64,000 nt of DNA. Origin: an uncultured Alphaproteobacteria bacterium. GTDB lineage: Bacteria; Pseudomonadota; Alphaproteobacteria; Methylaequorales; Methylaequoraceae. Below the pieces are notes generated by a model, which saw only the letters and a program-made list of their open reading frames with translations, ran no database searches and was not told where the DNA came from. Positions 59,257-64,000 of this stretch are shown here, piece after piece; the first letter of the stretch is position 1; every line of letters begins with the position of its first letter. A program made the position numbers and the translations under genes. The DNA lies in NCBI GenBank assembly GCA_902536655.1, contig CACAYF010000005.1, forward strand, positions 5,790-69,789, read 5' to 3'.

Positions 59257-60091
59257 TTTTTTTTAATATTCTAATTACTTCTTTTATATGCGAATCTTTT
59301 GGCATTACTCCAAACCACCTATAAAATGACTCTGCAGCTTGACGGGCGAGCATATAAAATCCATTTGTATAATTCAGTTTTTCTTCTCTCGCTACTTTCA
59401 TAAGAGGAGTCATTGTTGGTTTATAAACCAAATCATACACCATTGATTTTTTCTTCATTGAACTGAGATCGACATCAAGTGGATTTTTTCCATTCATTCC
59501 GCATGATGTGCAATTAATGAGAAGATCTATATGGTAATCCGGTTTATAACCCATATGGTTAGCTTCAAAAGTTTTCTTTGAACCCGTAAATTTTTTAAAG
59601 TGTTCGATTAGTTTGACGCCTGAAGACTCTGTCCTATTAATAATTTTTATTATTTTAGGATTAAAATTAATTAAACTTGAAACAATTCCATAGGCAGCTC
59701 CTCCAGCACCAATGCACATCACATTGGTGTTTGAATCGAAATGAAAATTTAAGTCTTTTTGGAGCGAAGAGATAAATCCTATTCCATCTGTATTTGCTCC
59801 AATTATCTTGTCTTTAACTTTGTAAACAGTGTTTACCGCTTTGCTTTTTAACGAAGATTCTTCTAGTTCATCTACAAAGTCTATCATTATCCTTTTATAG
59901 GGAATTGTCACATTGAAACCACGAATTTTGTCCTTTCTTAAATCTCTAATCAAATTTTGTATTTCTTTCGTTTCAATTTCTAGCTTGTCATAATTTGCAT
60001 TGAGTGAATACTTTTCAATCCAAAAATTATGTATTATTGGAGATTGCGAATGCCGGATGGGTTTGCCTATAACAAATAACTTACTCTTCAT
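59249..60091 (-). CDS. aroE: Shikimate dehydrogenase
   Basis: HSQSPIIH, GFNVTIPYK, AVNT, NTDGIGF, GAGGAA, NRT, YDLVYKP. Confidence 0.97.
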   Translation of the reverse strand: MKSKLFVIGKPIRHSQSPIIHNFWIEKYSLNANYDKLEIETKEIQNLIRDLRKDKIRGFNVTIPYKRIMIDFVDELEESSLKSKAVNTVYKVKDKIIGANTDGIGFISSLQKDLNFHFDSNTNVMCIGAGGAAYGIVSSLINFNPKIIKIINRTESSGVKLIEHFKKFTGSKKTFEANHMGYKPDYHIDLLINCTSCGMNGKNPLDVDLSSMKKKSMVYDLVYKPTMTPLMKVAREEKLNYTNGFYMLARQAAESFYRWFGVMPKDSHIKEVIRILKKND

Positions 60092-60692
60092 TTTTGATTT
60101 TTTCTAATAAGTCTTTTATTGGGAACCCTAAAATCGTTTCTATATCTCCGTTAATAATACTTATAAAGTTGTACTTTGAGTTTTCCTCTATCTTATATGA
60201 TCCGACTGTTGTTAAAACTGTTTTCTTATTTGCTTTTATATATGATTCTATCTCTTTCTGTGACAAATCTGCAAAAAACAAAGAAGCAACTTTGACTTTT
60301 TGGAAGTAAAATCTTTGTTTATGAACTACATATATTGAACTATACAATTTATGAACTTTGTTTTTAAGAAATAATAACTTTTTTTTTGCTGCTTCGAGTG
60401 TTTTTGGCTTACTCCAAATTTTCTTTTCACATACTAAAATTTGATCAGACGCAATTATCATTTCTTCTCCAAAGTCTTTCACAACCGATAGTGCTTTTTC
60501 TTTTGCTATTTTGAGAACAACCGTTTCGGGTTCTGCTTCGTTTATTTTAAATTTCTCTTCATCAATTTTATGAGGAACCCTTTGAACATTTGTAAAATGC
60601 TTTTTTAACTTTTCGTTTCTAATTTCACTTTCGGAAGCAAGAATAACTTTAGTAAATTTTGTGTATTGTTTCCTATTATTAAGTTCTTCCAT
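60081..60692 (-). CDS. maf: Maf-family nucleoside triphosphate pyrophosphatase
   Basis: ILASES..R, IDEE, KALSV, IASDQ, SKP, GSYKIE, ILGFP. Confidence 0.9.
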   Translation of the reverse strand: MEELNNRKQYTKFTKVILASESEIRNEKLKKHFTNVQRVPHKIDEEKFKINEAEPETVVLKIAKEKALSVVKDFGEEMIIASDQILVCEKKIWSKPKTLEAAKKKLLFLKNKVHKLYSSIYVVHKQRFYFQKVKVASLFFADLSQKEIESYIKANKKTVLTTVGSYKIEENSKYNFISIINGDIETILGFPIKDLLEKIKNEE

Positions 60693-60947
60693 CTTTTTTT
60701 CTTTTTTTTCTCAATTTTGCCCACACGAAAGTTTTGTGGATGTTTTTTTAACATTATTATACACACTATTCTTATTTGTTTTTCCACTAATTTCATCGTT
60801 TTTTCTGGAGCATCTGTCTTTTCTATAACATTTTGTTAACAAACTTAATACTTCATTTCCTGTTAGTTTTCTGTTAATAAAGTTTATCCACATTATTAGA
60901 CGGACAACAACAACAACAACCTTTTAATAGATAAATATTAGTAGTAG
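60693..60947. other. Probable chromosomal replication origin (oriC)
   Basis: DnaA boxes TTATCCACA 60884-60892 (perfect), TTATACACA 60757-60765, TTTTCCACT 60780-60788, reverse TGTTAATAA 60872-60880, weaker TTGCCCACA 60717 and TGTGGATGT 60735; the intergenic region upstream of hemE is the known alphaproteobacterial origin site. Confidence 0.88.
60905..60920 (+). repeat. (CAA)5C trinucleotide repeat in oriC, at the DnaA-trio position
   Basis: CAACAACAACAACAAC begins 12 bp after the perfect DnaA box and is followed by AT-rich sequence. Confidence 0.75.
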
Positions 60948-61952
60948 ATGAAAAATGTTAGTAAAGTTCCTATCTGGTTCATGCGACAAGCAGGAAGATA
61001 TCTTCCTGAATACATGAAAATCCGATCAAAGAACTCTGATTTCCTTCAACTCTGTTTTAATCCTGAGCTTGCCTCAGAGATCTCACTTCAACCAATAAAA
61101 AGATTCGATCTTGATTTTATAATCCTTTTTTCTGATATTCTTGTAATTCCTCATGCGTTAGGACAAAACGTAGACTTTTTAAAAAACCATGGACCCTCTT
61201 TAAATAGCATCAACTCAAAAAACGATATTAATTATATGGATTTCAATAAATGTTTACGCAAAATTTCTAATATTTTTGAAACCATTAAAATACTGCACGC
61301 AAAAAAAGGAAACAAAAATCTAATTGGTTTTTGTGGGGGACCATTTACCGTTTTAAATTACATGATAGAAGGAGGTACTTCAAAAACTCACAGTAAAATA
61401 AAAAAATTTGTAAAAGATAACAAGAACGAAGCATCAGATCTAATGAAGATTATAACAGAACTGTCAATTGAATATTTGAAAAAGCAAATAGAAAGTGGTG
61501 CAAACTATATTCAAATCTTTGAATCATGGGCGGGACTTTTAGAAAGAGACGAATATATTGATTTTATTGTAAAACCAAATCAACAAATTAGCGAAGAGAT
61601 AAAAGAGTTTTCAAAAGATACTAAAATAATTCATTTTCCAAGAGGTTCACGGAAAGATTATAAGATCTTTGCGGAAGAAGTTAAATGTGATGTATTGTCT
61701 TTAGATCTAACCTATCCAAAAGAATTGCCTAGCATCCTCAGAGAAAAAGGAATAACGGTTCAGGGAAATTTAGATCCGCAAGAACTTCTAAATGATGGCG
61801 AACGGGTAGAAGAAAAAACGAAAGAAGTTTTAGACAAATTCAAAAAAAATAACCATATTTTTAATTTATCTCACGGGATTTTACCGAAAACAAAAATAAG
61901 CAACATTGAGAAAGTAATAAAAGTAGTCAGAGATTATGAAACTTCCAAATAA
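60948..61952 (+). CDS. hemE: Uroporphyrinogen decarboxylase
   Basis: PIWFMRQAGRYLPEY, ILFSDIL, QIFESWAG, VQGNLDP, FNLSHGI. Confidence 0.98.
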   Translation: MKNVSKVPIWFMRQAGRYLPEYMKIRSKNSDFLQLCFNPELASEISLQPIKRFDLDFIILFSDILVIPHALGQNVDFLKNHGPSLNSINSKNDINYMDFNKCLRKISNIFETIKILHAKKGNKNLIGFCGGPFTVLNYMIEGGTSKTHSKIKKFVKDNKNEASDLMKIITELSIEYLKKQIESGANYIQIFESWAGLLERDEYIDFIVKPNQQISEEIKEFSKDTKIIHFPRGSRKDYKIFAEEVKCDVLSLDLTYPKELPSILREKGITVQGNLDPQELLNDGERVEEKTKEVLDKFKKNNHIFNLSHGILPKTKISNIEKVIKVVRDYETSK

Positions 61953-62946
61953 ACACCCACGACTTCCACAAAGAAAGACAGGAGTGCTCTTGATAAATCT
62001 AGGAACACCAGACTCAACAAAGTGGTGGGATATAAGAAAATACCTAAAGGAATTTTTATCAGATAAGAGAGTTATAGAAGTGAACCCAATCCTATGGCAG
62101 CTAATTTTAAATATCTTCATCTTAACATTTAGGCCAGCAAAAACTGCGAAAGCCTATCAGAAGATTTGGATGAAGAAGCAAAACATGTCCCCATTAAGAT
62201 ACTTTACTAAAAAGCAAACAACAAACTTACAAAAAAGAATGAAGAGTAAGTCTATAGAAATAGATTACGCAATGAGATATGGAAATCCGGCGATAGCCAA
62301 AAAAGTATCTGAATTAAAAGAAAAAGGTTGTCAAGAAATGATAATATTACCTTTATATCCTCAATATGCAGCAGCAACAACAGCAACAGTGTGTGATGAA
62401 GTTTATAGAACACTGATGAAGATGCGATGGCAACCCAGTCTACAGGTAATTCCTCATTACGAATCAGAACCTTTATATATAAAAGCATTGGCGGGAAGTA
62501 TAAAGAAAACACTGAGGGAAATTGATTGGACGCCGGATGTTATTGTGGCCTCATATCATGGAGTCCCTAAAAAATATTTTGAAAAGGGGGATCCGTATCA
62601 TTGTTATTGCCAGAAAACAACACGTTTATTGGTTGAGCACATGAAAATAGATATACCAATAGTTACAACGTTTCAATCCCGATTTGGACCAGACGAATGG
62701 CTAAAACCATATACAGACGAAACCATTGATAACTTGCCCAAAGAAGGAAAAAAGAAAATTCTTGTAATATGTCCAGGATTTGCCTCTGATTGTGTAGAAA
62801 CGCTGGAAGAAATATCGATAGAAGCAAAGGAGAGTTTCATGGAAAATGGTGGAGAAAAATTCATAACAGTACCGTGTTTAAATCATAATAAAGAACACAT
62901 AGATTTATTGGAATATTTGGTTAAAAAACATTTAATTAAGAGATAA
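61936..62946 (+). CDS. hemH: Ferrochelatase
   Basis: LINLGTP, AMRYGNP, LPLYPQYAAATT, SYHGVP, FQSRFG..WLKPY, DCVETLEE. Confidence 0.98.
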   Translation: MKLPNKHPRLPQRKTGVLLINLGTPDSTKWWDIRKYLKEFLSDKRVIEVNPILWQLILNIFILTFRPAKTAKAYQKIWMKKQNMSPLRYFTKKQTTNLQKRMKSKSIEIDYAMRYGNPAIAKKVSELKEKGCQEMIILPLYPQYAAATTATVCDEVYRTLMKMRWQPSLQVIPHYESEPLYIKALAGSIKKTLREIDWTPDVIVASYHGVPKKYFEKGDPYHCYCQKTTRLLVEHMKIDIPIVTTFQSRFGPDEWLKPYTDETIDNLPKEGKKKILVICPGFASDCVETLEEISIEAKESFMENGGEKFITVPCLNHNKEHIDLLEYLVKKHLIKR

Positions 62947-62948
62947 AA

Positions 62949-63386
62949 GTGGAAATAAACTACTACAATTTGTTTAAATTTTTACACATTGTTTTCTTCA
63001 CAACATGGATGGCAGGTTTATTTTACTTGCCAAGACTTTATGTCTATCACTCAGGGACCAAAAGCAATTCCACAGAATATCGTATATTCTTAACAATGGA
63101 AAAAAAACTGATGAAGTACATAATGAATCCATCAATGATTTTAACATGGGTTTTCGGCGTATTACTAGTTTTGCACTTAGAGAATCACAATCAGTTTTGG
63201 TTAAATCTAAAGTTTGTTTTGGTCTTTCTAATGTCAGTTTTTCATATGTACTGTGCAAAAATACGAAAAAATTTCGAAAACAAATTAAATACGAAAGATG
63301 AAAAATTTTTTAGATGGATCAATGAAGTCCCCACAATCCTTTTTTTACTAATTGTATTTCTAGTGGTTTTTCAACCAAATATTTGA
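62949..63386 (+). CDS. hemJ: Protoporphyrinogen oxidase HemJ
   Basis: KFLHI..WMAGLFYLPRLYVYH, MEKKL..IMNP, FRWINEVP. Confidence 0.96.
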   Translation: MEINYYNLFKFLHIVFFTTWMAGLFYLPRLYVYHSGTKSNSTEYRIFLTMEKKLMKYIMNPSMILTWVFGVLLVLHLENHNQFWLNLKFVLVFLMSVFHMYCAKIRKNFENKLNTKDEKFFRWINEVPTILFLLIVFLVVFQPNI

Positions 63387-63411
63387 CAATGTAATTGTAA
63401 TGAAATATAAA
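63383..63411 (+). promoter_or_regulatory. Sigma70-type promoter for rho
   Basis: TTGACA-N17-TATAAA, overlapping the hemJ stop codon. Confidence 0.7.
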
Positions 63412-63439
63412 TAATTTTCTCCAGATTTCCCAGATTCAC

Positions 63440-64000
63440 ATGCACTTAAAAGACCTTAAATCAAAAACGCCATCTGATTTATTAAAAATAGCAGAAGACT
63501 TAAAAATAGAAAATGCTGGAACCTTGAGAAAACAAGACATGATTTTCTCGATATTGAAGCAGATGGCATTAAATAATGATGCTATCTATGGAGAAGGAGT
63601 TTTAGAAATACTACAAGATGGTTTTGGATTTCTTAGATCACCCGATGCAAACTATTTGCCAGGACCAGATGATATTTACGTTTCTCCCTCACAAATCAAA
63701 CAGAACAGCCTCAGAACAGGTGATACAGTAGAGGGAGAAATGCGCGCCCCAAGAGAAACAGAAAGATATTTTGCGATAACCAAAATAGATAAAATAAACT
63801 TTGAGGAAATTCAAAAAACTAAACAAAGAATAAATTTCGATAATTTAACTCCCCTATACCCCGAGGACCAATTAAACATGGAAATAGATGATCCAACCGT
63901 AAAAGATACGACAAACAGGGTTATGGACTTAATTACTCCATTAGGAAAAGGTCAGAGAGCTTTAATTGTTGCGCCGCCTCGTACCGGCAAGACAGTTATG
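63440..64000 (+). CDS. rho: Transcription termination factor Rho (5' part; runs off the window)
   Basis: Manual translation [67 protein letters not shown]. Confidence 0.98.
   Translation, partial: MHLKDLKSKTPSDLLKIAEDLKIENAGTLRKQDMIFSILKQMALNNDAIYGEGVLEILQDGFGFLRSPDANYLPGPDDIYVSPSQIKQNSLRTGDTVEGEMRAPRETERYFAITKIDKINFEEIQKTKQRINFDNLTPLYPEDQLNMEIDDPTVKDTTNRVMDLITPLGKGQRALIVAPPRTGKTVM

Noticed and set aside
60605..60893. Short minus-strand ORFs 60605-60796 and 60711-60893
   Set aside because: They run across the DnaA-box cluster and have no protein-like features; better explained as oriC DNA.
1..64000. CRISPR arrays, transposases, integrases, prophage or defence genes, rRNA/tRNA
   Set aside because: None seen; nearly all sequence is accounted for by recognisable genes and short spacers.

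Overview
Very AT-rich, densely packed chromosomal segment of a streamlined Alphaproteobacterium (probably marine; inferred from gene order and protein families). It spans about 61 kb on one side of the probable replication origin, the DnaA-box cluster in the maf-hemE intergenic region (60693-60947), and about 3 kb on the other. Most of it is conserved housekeeping synteny: infB-nusA, trmB-metK-lnt-corC-ybeY-phoH-miaB-olsA-olsB-fur, trpS-murJ-glnD-mutS, dapB-dnaJ-dnaK-grpE-hrcA-rph-rdgB, leuS-lptE-holA, coaE-aroE-maf, hemE-hemH-hemJ-rho. The most unusual part is a phosphate-starvation (Pho) block at 27.2-39.0 kb. It contains phoR, a Pho-box-preceded OprO/OprP-type porin broken by a single frameshift in a G5 run, an unexplained 87-nt rod-like hairpin, a non-canonical formaldehyde-activating enzyme (Fae) homologue lacking the catalytic His and divergent from pstS, pstSCAB-phoU-phoB, and a GT2-GT9 glycosyltransferase fusion. 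Other points: a decayed alkB pseudogene, a perfect 15-bp inverted repeat upstream of fur, a probable CUG-initiated EamA gene, a CenR-position regulator with a degenerate receiver domain, and several genes missing from their usual loci. I found no rRNA, tRNA, CRISPR array, transposase or prophage. All calls come from reading motifs by eye; no database searches were run.
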